Shown here piece after piece: positions 47,685 through 55,602 of a DNA stretch of 64,000 bases. The notes beneath the pieces were generated by a model, which searched no databases, was not told where the DNA came from, and saw only the letters and a program-made list of their open reading frames with translations. The DNA comes from an uncultured Anaerolineae bacterium. Lineage in GTDB: Bacteria > Chloroflexota > Anaerolineae > Aggregatilineales > UBA3940. Both the position numbers and the translations under genes were made by a program. The DNA lies in the NCBI GenBank assembly GCA_964439625.1, contig CAYTPI010000001.1, positions 80,944 to 144,943 on the forward strand, in the 5' to 3' direction. Numbering within the stretch: position 1 is the stretch's first letter; every line of letters begins with the position of its first letter.

Positions 47685-48848
47685 ATGGCCTCTATCTCCG
47701 TTCGTCCTGTTGAGACACCAGACGAGCTCGATGCGTTCCTCAAGATGCCGTATCACATTTATAAAGGTGACCCAACTTGGGTCGCCCCACCGTGGCGCGA
47801 TCATCAGCATTACTTTGACCCGGCCCATAATCCTGAGCTGGTGGATGTCGACCAGCAGCTGTTCGTCGCGTGGAATGGTGACCAGGCTGTTGGCACGATT
47901 ATTGCTCATGTGCACCACGCTTATAACAAAGCTCAGGAGGCTACAGTAGGTTGGTTCGGTCAGTTTGAGTTAGTCAATGATCCCGAAGTAGGGCATGCCT
48001 TGTTAGAGGCCGCAGAGACTTGGGTTCGTGCGCAAGGCATGACCAAATTGATGGGGCCAGCCACGTACAGTACAAACTCTGAGATTGGCTTGTTGATCGA
48101 CGGGTATGATGCACAGCATGTCTTCATGACGACCTATGCCAAGGACTACTATCGGCAGTTCATCGAAAATTATGGTGGTTTTGAGAAAGCGATGGATATC
48201 TGGAGCTGGTTGTTTAACGTTCAGACCCAGCCCTTTCACGAACGCAAGCGCAAGATAGCCCAACGGGTGCGTCAGCGCAGGAAGCTCCACGTGTACCATC
48301 CAAACATGCGTGACTGGGACAAAGAAACAGATCGCATTCGTGAGATTTACCATGCGGCTTGGTCAGAAAACTGGGGCTTCGTCCCCTTCTCCGATGCCAT
48401 GTACGCTCAGTTTGTTGCCGAAATGAAGCAGATAGTTGACCCAGATATTGTGGTGATGGTCGAGAGTGAACACGGCAAACCAATAGCTTTTGGTGCCCCG
48501 ATCCCAAATATTTACCAAGCAGTTAAGGCTGCCAATATGAAGCCAGACGAACCACACCTATGGCAGATGCTTAAGCTGCTGTGGCAGTGGAAGGTCCGAC
48601 GGGTGGTCAAGTCGGCGCGCATTTTCTTGATGGGGGTCGTTCCGGAATACCGGGTCAGTGGCGTTGATTTGATCTTGCTAGAGTCAATGTATGATGCTTC
48701 TAAGCGCGAGGGTTACGACCAGATTGAGCTAAGTTGGGTTCTAGAAACCAACGATCTGATGAACGGCCCAATTCAGACGTTTGGGTCCAAGAGGTACAAA
48801 ACGCATCGCATCTATGAAAAGGCATTGTCTGTGCCAGAGTCTGGGTAG
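47685..48848 (+). CDS. GNAT-fold N-acyltransferase-like protein (~390-aa family)
   Basis: The N-terminal pattern IRPVETPDELDAFLKMPYHIYKGDPTWVAPPW...HNPEL...VGTIIAHV...GWFGQFE..NDPEVGHALLEAAETWVRAQGMTKLMGP matches a conserved family usually annotated N-acetyltransferase (from memory). Confidence 0.6.
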   Translation: MASISVRPVETPDELDAFLKMPYHIYKGDPTWVAPPWRDHQHYFDPAHNPELVDVDQQLFVAWNGDQAVGTIIAHVHHAYNKAQEATVGWFGQFELVNDPEVGHALLEAAETWVRAQGMTKLMGPATYSTNSEIGLLIDGYDAQHVFMTTYAKDYYRQFIENYGGFEKAMDIWSWLFNVQTQPFHERKRKIAQRVRQRRKLHVYHPNMRDWDKETDRIREIYHAAWSENWGFVPFSDAMYAQFVAEMKQIVDPDIVVMVESEHGKPIAFGAPIPNIYQAVKAANMKPDEPHLWQMLKLLWQWKVRRVVKSARIFLMGVVPEYRVSGVDLILLESMYDASKREGYDQIELSWVLETNDLMNGPIQTFGSKRYKTHRIYEKALSVPESG

Positions 48849-50200
48849 GGTATGCGAATCAATTGGTCAATTTTGTTGAATTTTGCCCGATGATAGAGAC
48901 GACCATCAGGCCATTGAATATTGACATATTCAATCTTGTCAATTTCACCTAGGCCAAAATGGGCTACGGGTTCCATCTGGCAGAGGTAACCACTGCCGGA
49001 GTCTATCGCTCGGATTTGGGTGCGTCCTCCAGCAGACAACCGCACAATAGCTCCCCGAGCCGGGGCCCCAAATTGTGTCATTGGCATGATTCGTAAATAG
49101 TGATTGTCGTTTTCTGGGCCAATATAGCGCGACAGAGGCTGCATCCCGGACTCTCCGTGCGAGATAATCAGTTCAAGGCGACCATCACCGTCAAAATCAC
49201 CGACTGCTGCGCCTGTCCCCAGCCCATCTGGCTCTGCGGCGCTGCCAATCGGCACTTCGAACCAATCCCCTCGCCGGCGCGCGAAAAGGCGGTTGGCCTC
49301 ACCGATGTTGTTAAAAAATACCTCTTGATAGCCATCATTATCAAAGTCTGCCGCGATCACATTGCGGATGCGTGAAGGTTGTTGCATCTCCGGTGGGGCT
49401 TCATCAACGAAACGCTCCCCTGCCCTGACAAATAATCGGTGAGGTCCTTCCCAATTGCCGTAGACAAGGTCAAGATGTTCATCATCGTTGGCATCTAACA
49501 CAGCGATTCCCCGTCCGTTTTGATTGGGGTCATCGAGGTTATAGGCCGCGGCAACTTCTTGAAATGTGCCGTCACCTCGGTTCCGAAAGAGAAAGTTAGC
49601 CCCTAGTTCATTAATTGCGAAGATGTCCATCCGGTTGCTAACCAACGGTAAAGATACAACCCCGCGCCCTCCTGTAACTAGATCGACCCCGGCTTCACTG
49701 GCGACGTCTACCATGCGTCCGTCTGGGTCTAGTTCGTACAGACGGATTGGGCCGCCGAAGTTCGCCACATATAAGCCGTAGATGCCACTACCTTTGCGGT
49801 CGACAGCAATCACTGAACGGCCTGCTGTTAGGTTCATCACGTCGAAGTTCATCCGAAGCGCAAACAGATCAGCCCAGGCGTCGCCGTCATGGTCGTAGAG
49901 CCGGTCGCCGTATTGTTTTGGGCCACCGAAGGTATCGCTGTTGAGGATGTATATCTCTTCGATACCGTCGCCATCAATGTCGGCTGCCGCAATGCTGATC
50001 GCTTTACGGTTTGGGTCTCGTAGTAAATCGGGTGTGATGTCGTGGAAACTACCGTTAATCCATTTAAGCGCTTGGTTGGGGAAGCCAAAACCTGCGACGA
50101 GCAGCTCAAAGTCGCCGTCGTTGTCGATGTCAGTCACGGCGATGCCGTAGCTCAATTGGGCAGGGTTATCGATTATTTGCTGGCTGTGGTCAGTAAACAT
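48812..50200 (-). CDS. FG-GAP/VCBS-repeat protein with ASPIC/UnbV-like C-terminus (CRTAC1 family)
   Basis: Repeated D.D.DGD.(E/D)(L/I) beta-propeller calcium-binding motifs (TDIDNDGDFELLV, ADIDGDGIEEIYI, ADFDNDGYQEVFF, GDFDGDGRLELII). C-terminal GSGYLCQMEPVAHFGLG. No signal peptide seen. Confidence 0.8.
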   Translation of the reverse strand: MFTDHSQQIIDNPAQLSYGIAVTDIDNDGDFELLVAGFGFPNQALKWINGSFHDITPDLLRDPNRKAISIAAADIDGDGIEEIYILNSDTFGGPKQYGDRLYDHDGDAWADLFALRMNFDVMNLTAGRSVIAVDRKGSGIYGLYVANFGGPIRLYELDPDGRMVDVASEAGVDLVTGGRGVVSLPLVSNRMDIFAINELGANFLFRNRGDGTFQEVAAAYNLDDPNQNGRGIAVLDANDDEHLDLVYGNWEGPHRLFVRAGERFVDEAPPEMQQPSRIRNVIAADFDNDGYQEVFFNNIGEANRLFARRRGDWFEVPIGSAAEPDGLGTGAAVGDFDGDGRLELIISHGESGMQPLSRYIGPENDNHYLRIMPMTQFGAPARGAIVRLSAGGRTQIRAIDSGSGYLCQMEPVAHFGLGEIDKIEYVNIQWPDGRLYHRAKFNKIDQLIRIPYPDSGTDNAFS

Positions 50201-50375
50201 GCCGACGAATGCTTTTCATATTGTGGTGCACTGCATATTGAGTAGACAGGAATGCAGCCTCTAATTGAGTATACATCGTTAGGTTTATACTGAGTAGAGT
50301 ACGCCTAGACGTGGTACACTCACTCGGTAAACCTCTAACATCATAGCGTTGGATAGCCAGAAAGTATAGGTACGT

Positions 50376-51398
50376 ATGTCAAACTTAAGTCGGCGCGGTC
50401 TATTAAAATCAGTGATGCAAGGGGCCCCGCTCGCTGGTGCGCAGTTTATCGGCGTCCGCCTCCAAGACCCAAACCCAATTATGGCGAATGGGCCGATCAC
50501 GCATTGGAATGCTGCGCCAAAGGGCCGTGTACTTCTCAATCTTTTGACGGAGTATAAAGAACCTAGCTGGCGTGCCCCCGCAACAGGGACGACCTATCTC
50601 TACGATGACGTGGTTGACATTGTCGGTGTGGTCGCAGGCGAAGGCCTCTACACGACCAACCATACTTGGTTGGAGACGGATAGTGGTTATATTTATTCAT
50701 CATGGGTGCAGCCGGTCGAAGATATTCGCACCAACCCCGTAGAGTCAATTGGGTTAGGGGGGGCGTGGACAGAAGTCACCGTGCCGATGACGCGCACATA
50801 CGCCCAACCTGAAGATAGCAGCCCTCGGCAGCGCTTGTACTACAGCAATGTCCAACGGGTGATTGGGCAAGAGAACGGCTTTTATTACGTCGAAGAAATC
50901 TACGGTATGCAATATTGGGTCAAAGCTAATGAGGTGCGCGTGATCCCGCCCTCCGAATTAGCACCGATCTCCGCAGATGTGCCTGCGGCAGAAAAGCGCT
51001 TTGAGATCAGCCTGCTCGATCAGCGGGCCTACGCCTACGAAGGGGGTCAGATTGTGCGCGACATTCAAGTGGCTACGGGCACGCTGGAGACCCCAACGCC
51101 GATTGGCGAATGGCAGGTAATCATCAAGCGCATCGGGCAGCGTATGACCGGCGGCGCGTCAGACACATTTTACAACCTGCCCGGTATTCCGTATGTTAGC
51201 TATATTAATCGCATGTGGATTGCGACCCATGGTTGCTATTGGCACAACGATTATGGTCGTTTACACAGCGCTGGCTGCGTCAACATGTTGCCTGCTGATG
51301 CTAAATGGGTGTTCCGTTGGACGACACCACATGCCAATTACTTTAGCCTGAGCACTGACGCAGGCGAAGAAGGCACGCCCGTCAGCGTCCGGATTTAA
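50376..51398 (+). CDS. L,D-transpeptidase (YkuD) with Tat-type signal and SH3-like N-domain
   Basis: Twin-arginine SRRGLLKS. Catalytic motif HGCYWHNDYGRLHSAGCVNM (HG...S.GC). Confidence 0.85.
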   Translation: MSNLSRRGLLKSVMQGAPLAGAQFIGVRLQDPNPIMANGPITHWNAAPKGRVLLNLLTEYKEPSWRAPATGTTYLYDDVVDIVGVVAGEGLYTTNHTWLETDSGYIYSSWVQPVEDIRTNPVESIGLGGAWTEVTVPMTRTYAQPEDSSPRQRLYYSNVQRVIGQENGFYYVEEIYGMQYWVKANEVRVIPPSELAPISADVPAAEKRFEISLLDQRAYAYEGGQIVRDIQVATGTLETPTPIGEWQVIIKRIGQRMTGGASDTFYNLPGIPYVSYINRMWIATHGCYWHNDYGRLHSAGCVNMLPADAKWVFRWTTPHANYFSLSTDAGEEGTPVSVRI

Positions 51399-51417
51399 GC
51401 GTGTCTTTCACGACTGC

Positions 51418-52083
51418 CTAGCGAATCAAATCTGGGTACTTCTCGATTAGCGTGCTGAGGTAGTGCGCTGTTGGTGTGACGCGCCCTTCTAGATCATCGT
51501 ATAGCCGGGTAAGGTCATTGGGTAAATCGACGTCGTACCATTCGTTCTCATACCACGATAGGTTTAACCCCATTTCCTCGGCAATAGCAGCGGTGTCGCC
51601 TGCGACGTTGGGCGTGCTGAACGTGATATTGAAGAGGTCAATGTACGGCTTGTTCATGGCAAGGCCGTAGTAGCCACCGTCTTCTGCGGGTCCAATGACG
51701 ACATCTGCCTCGTTCAGCAGCTCAAACATCTCGTTCAGGAAATCCGGTGGCAGCGTTGGGCTGTCGCCATCTGCGACCATCACACCACTATAGCCTTGGT
51801 CAAAGCCCCATAATGTCGCATCGCTTAAGCGTGCTCGTAGGTTTGACCCTACCTGTTCGATCAGGTGGAAGCCTGGGGCAATCGCGGCAAAATAATCGTG
51901 GCCTGCTGCCGGGTAGTATGCTATTGCTACATCCGCGTTAACCTTTGCCAGACTGGCGATTTTGTCCAGCAGAAACGCGTGGTACAGATGTGCTGCTTCT
52001 TCCCTAGTCAAGAGAGGAGTAAGGCGCGTTTTTGTTTTGCCGGGGATGGGCTGTTTCGCAAAGATGATGATCAGGTCTGCCAC
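51418..52083 (-). CDS. DUF2064 / TIGR04282-type nucleotidyl- or glycosyl-transferase-like protein
   Basis: IIIFAKQPIPGKTKTRL, ADGDSPTL and PAEDGGYYGL motifs. It sits immediately downstream of the GT2 gene (12-nt gap). Confidence 0.75.
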   Translation of the reverse strand: MADLIIIFAKQPIPGKTKTRLTPLLTREEAAHLYHAFLLDKIASLAKVNADVAIAYYPAAGHDYFAAIAPGFHLIEQVGSNLRARLSDATLWGFDQGYSGVMVADGDSPTLPPDFLNEMFELLNEADVVIGPAEDGGYYGLAMNKPYIDLFNITFSTPNVAGDTAAIAEEMGLNLSWYENEWYDVDLPNDLTRLYDDLEGRVTPTAHYLSTLIEKYPDLIR

Positions 52084-52095
52084 AATGTCTCTCCA

Positions 52096-52806
52096 CTAGA
52101 TTTTGTCTTGCCGTATAAGGCGTTTGTATGTAGTCAATAAAGTCTGCTGGCTGAAGCCAAGCATATACATTATGTAGATCACGTAGAATATGATACACAA
52201 GCGGACGACCCCATTTTCAAGAAACTTGCGCGCCGACGTTGTGACTATTGTGGGTTGCAGCGAAAAATTGACTTGCTTTCGCAGCCGTTTCACAATATCG
52301 GCGTCTTCCATGACGATGCACGTTTCGTCAAAGCCGCTGACGCGCTCAAAAGCTACCCGGGTGACGAACAAACTCTGATCACCGAGGCGAATGTGTTTGA
52401 CATTGTTGACCAATGTAGCAGTGATGCGCAGCAGCGGGTGGGGGTGGTCAAAGCGAATTGTGAAGCTGCCCGCTTCAGCGCCATTCGCCACAGCGGCTTG
52501 AATGTCTGAAATGACTGTCTTTGGGGGGAATGTATCGGCGTGCAAGAAATAAAGGACATCGCTGTGTGCTGCTCGCGCACCCATGTTCATTTGGATGGCG
52601 CGCCCCTTGGGTGATGCCACCACAGTAACACCGCAGGCTGCCGCTCTCTCAGGCGTGCCGTCTGTGCTGCCACCATCGACCACAAGTATTTCCGCGTCAA
52701 CGGTTGCCTGTAGGAACCCAAGTAATTGCTCGATACCTTGGGCTTCATTGAGGGTTGGTACAATAATGCTGACGGTTGTCGCTTTCGTCTCTAACATGTT
52801 CGCCAT
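52096..52806 (-). CDS. Family-2 glycosyltransferase (TIGR04283-like)
   Basis: VSIIVPTLNEAQGI, ILVVDGGSTDGT, FLHADT, GDQSLFV, MEDADI and TSARKF. The classic partner of DUF2064 genes (from memory). Confidence 0.8.
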   Translation of the reverse strand: MANMLETKATTVSIIVPTLNEAQGIEQLLGFLQATVDAEILVVDGGSTDGTPERAAACGVTVVASPKGRAIQMNMGARAAHSDVLYFLHADTFPPKTVISDIQAAVANGAEAGSFTIRFDHPHPLLRITATLVNNVKHIRLGDQSLFVTRVAFERVSGFDETCIVMEDADIVKRLRKQVNFSLQPTIVTTSARKFLENGVVRLCIIFYVIYIMYMLGFSQQTLLTTYKRLIRQDKI

Positions 52807-52884
52807 AATACAAATTTGGATTGGTTACCGCCATCATGACCATATCATCCTCCAGATATATTACAAATTTGGTACAACAAACTC

Positions 52885-53691
52885 ATGCGAATGACTATGC
52901 TTGGCCCCCTTAAGCGCCTGCTGCACTATGGCGATGGCTACCGCAACCCAATCGTTAAAATGCGCGTGCGGGGCCATAAGTTGCTGCTGCGCCATACATT
53001 GTTTGCAGCGATCTTATTGTCAGCGCTGCAAGCTACCTGCTTGATGAACATCATCGTAGTGCGCCCAGAACTGCTCAGTGTCGTGCTAAATATGGCGGTT
53101 TCTGGTTTTTTGCTGGTTGTCGTAATTCCCGTAATCGTTTCGCTAGCGGCTTTCGGGCAGACGCAGCGTTTCACCGAATCGGATATGTTCGAATTACTGC
53201 AATTATCCAATTTGCCGACGCGTCAGATTGTACGCGGTGTTGGGTTTACTATCTTGCATTGGACGCGAGACCTATTAATTGTTCCAGTATCAATTTTGCC
53301 GTTACTGGCGGTCGGCAACATGGTAGGGCTGTTTAACTTTAGCCTGCTCGCAGGGCTTAACAGTTACAATGCCCCTTTACTGACGGCAGCAACAATCGAA
53401 GAGGTGCTGACATATGGTTACATCACCGTAATTTGGGGGGTAGGCATGTGGGGCATCTACATCGGCGGCTTGTGGTATGGGGTTGGCTTGGGTTTTCGCC
53501 TAGATAAAGTTTCCAGCGGCTTGGCTCTGATCACGTCTACCTTCCTGAGCCTCTATCTAGCATTTATTGCGTCGGTGCTACTGCTGCCAAACACGCTTGT
53601 CGTAACAATTGTCTTTTGTGTGGTTGGCTGGGGGCTGGCGGTTGTCGGTTTTGTATTTTGTAGCCGCTCATTAGAGCAAGCCAACGCATAA
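52885..53691 (+). CDS. Polytopic membrane protein, ABC-2-permease-like (triad member 1)
   Basis: 268 aa with about 6 TM spans. N-terminal YRNPIVKMRVRG and the motif ELLQLSNLPTRQIVRGVGF. Confidence 0.65.
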   Translation: MRMTMLGPLKRLLHYGDGYRNPIVKMRVRGHKLLLRHTLFAAILLSALQATCLMNIIVVRPELLSVVLNMAVSGFLLVVVIPVIVSLAAFGQTQRFTESDMFELLQLSNLPTRQIVRGVGFTILHWTRDLLIVPVSILPLLAVGNMVGLFNFSLLAGLNSYNAPLLTAATIEEVLTYGYITVIWGVGMWGIYIGGLWYGVGLGFRLDKVSSGLALITSTFLSLYLAFIASVLLLPNTLVVTIVFCVVGWGLAVVGFVFCSRSLEQANA

Positions 53692-53706
53692 GGAAGGGGC
53701 TGCATT

Positions 53707-54489
53707 ATGAATTGGAACAAGCCGCAAGATAACCCTCTGATCAAGGCTATGGTTGGGAAAAATGCTGACCAAATCTCCAATGAGCTGCGTCACACTGCCA
53801 TTGCGTTTGCCATCATCTTGTGTCTATTGACTGTTTTAGTGTCGGCAATTGTTATCATCGGTAATGATCTTGCGCTGCTCACTGAGGGTGGTACTGGCCT
53901 ACCGTCCGCACCGGAAGTTGCTCTCTACATTGTTGGTGTTACCGTGATAGTTGCTTTGATCATCGGCGCTGGGCTTGGTGGCTTTTACCCGGTCGTGCTG
54001 GGGGTTGTCTCAGTGCTGTTCATGCGGCGGCAAATTGAACAATTAGACTGGTATACACTGATTAAGCTCACCGGCATCAGTGACAGGGTGCGTATTAACT
54101 CATTGGTGTTTGCGGCTTTCTACCAGGTGCGCGTGCTGAACGCGTTTTTTCTTGCCTTGCCACTAGCTGCCGCCCTGACTCGTCTAATCCTGCTGGATTA
54201 TATCGTCTTTAGCCCGTCACCTGTCCTTGCTGTTAGCCTGCATACGCTGGCCTATGTCCTATCGCTTCTTGGGCTGTATGTGCTTGTTTTGTTGATCGCA
54301 ACTGCCAGCGCGCTTTCTTTTGATGATGCTGTTACCCCAGTTTTGACGACTCTGGCAGGTAGCCTCGTGGCGACATTAGCTGTACAAATCGGAATTTTCG
54401 CTGTGTCGCGCCCGTTCGCGTTCGTTTGGATGCTGCTACCCTATGGGTTAGTCTATGTGGTCTATGGTTTTATCGTCCGTATAAGCTGA
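53707..54489 (+). CDS. Polytopic membrane protein, ABC-2-permease-like (triad member 2)
   Basis: 260 aa with about 6 TM spans. AAGGAAGGGG RBS. N-terminal DNPLIKAMVGKN and the motif TLIKLTGISDRVRINSLVF. Confidence 0.65.
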   Translation: MNWNKPQDNPLIKAMVGKNADQISNELRHTAIAFAIILCLLTVLVSAIVIIGNDLALLTEGGTGLPSAPEVALYIVGVTVIVALIIGAGLGGFYPVVLGVVSVLFMRRQIEQLDWYTLIKLTGISDRVRINSLVFAAFYQVRVLNAFFLALPLAAALTRLILLDYIVFSPSPVLAVSLHTLAYVLSLLGLYVLVLLIATASALSFDDAVTPVLTTLAGSLVATLAVQIGIFAVSRPFAFVWMLLPYGLVYVVYGFIVRIS

Positions 54490-54548
54490 TTGTTGCCCAT
54501 TGCCCCTTCGCGTTACAGTTAAGGTAAAAGGATGAGATTCTACTCAAA

Positions 54549-55349
54549 ATGAGAGCCGCAACATCTGCACAACCGCGCTTTAAAGTCATTCGGCCCGTTC
54601 GCGAGCACTTTATGAAAGGGGCTTCTTGGGGGCAGGTGCTGGTCGCGGTTGTCGTATGGGCGGTTTTGCTCTCTTTGAGTGTGTTTGTTTCTGTAATCAT
54701 TGCGCTGGTGTGGCCTAACCGCTTGAACTGGCCGCCTGTATTTCTGCCGGTAATGGGTCTTATTCTGGTTGCGCATCTATCTGGACCACTAATTGGTGGG
54801 GGCTTCACGGCTTTGTTTGTTCGTAGCGCTGTTGACCCTGAGACTCTCAACCTGCTGCAACTGACTGACGTGCGTCCGACGTCTATTGTATGGGGCAGTT
54901 TCGTTGGGGCTATCTATAAACTGCGCTTCGTGCCCGCTATCTTATGGAGTGTGAGTATGGCGCCTTTTTTGGTGCTCTGGCTCAGCACTTTTCGCAATCT
55001 AACGCTGCTGATAAATGCTCTTTTTTTCGCCGTCCCCCTGGCTTCACTGATGCTCTTTTCGTTCATCGTGCTGTGGGTTGGGCCTTTTATTGCTTCGGTT
55101 GCGGTTGGGGTTGGTATCGGACTGCGAACGCGTGGCAGTGTGACGGAGTTCGGTGCTGTAGTTTCGCTGATATTTCTGTTTGTGGCTTGGGTCGGCATTT
55201 TAGCTACCACGCTTTTCTGGTGGTTGCTGTTGTTGTTCCCCCAGGTATGTATTGCCGCTATCCTCGGTTACTTCTTGCTCGCTGGGATCTTTCTAGTCGT
55301 GGCGGAACAGTGGGTCTTTCTGAACGGGCCGCTTCAACCACCAGCCTGA
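54549..55349 (+). CDS. Polytopic membrane protein, ABC-2-permease-like (triad member 3)
   Basis: 266 aa with about 6 TM spans. Motif NLLQLTDVRPTSIVWGSFV, with the same topology as the two upstream genes. Confidence 0.65.
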   Translation: MRAATSAQPRFKVIRPVREHFMKGASWGQVLVAVVVWAVLLSLSVFVSVIIALVWPNRLNWPPVFLPVMGLILVAHLSGPLIGGGFTALFVRSAVDPETLNLLQLTDVRPTSIVWGSFVGAIYKLRFVPAILWSVSMAPFLVLWLSTFRNLTLLINALFFAVPLASLMLFSFIVLWVGPFIASVAVGVGIGLRTRGSVTEFGAVVSLIFLFVAWVGILATTLFWWLLLLFPQVCIAAILGYFLLAGIFLVVAEQWVFLNGPLQPPA

Positions 55350-55553
55350 AGCACATCCTGTTCTGGGCGCAAAATGCTTTCCAAGAGTGTGTCGTGCTAG
55401 GGCAAACGCATCGAACGCATCAGCCGGATGTTAGTAAAAAACCCCGCCCGCTGATTTATTGTACGCCTTCAGCGTCTTAATATCGCTACTACACTATCTA
55501 GTAGCGAGCAGTGCCTAGTAGAGGCAAGCTCCAAAGCGGCAATAGGGTGATTA

Positions 55554-55562
55554 TGCTATACT
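55554..55562 (+). promoter_or_regulatory. Possible extended -10 element upstream of the STAND NTPase gene
   Basis: TGcTATACT lies about 40 nt upstream of the ATG at 55603. No convincing -35. It is preceded by the hairpin cgctacta-cactatc-tagtagcg. Confidence 0.3.
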
Positions 55563-55602
55563 GACCGCATCAATTTGCGCTTGTTTCGGAAAATGCATCT
55601 CA

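Noticed and set aside
54944-55480. A 178-aa ORF in an alternative frame over triad member 3 and the downstream spacer.
   Set aside because: It is out of frame with a well-supported polytopic membrane ORF. Its Cys/Arg/Trp-rich composition is not protein-like.
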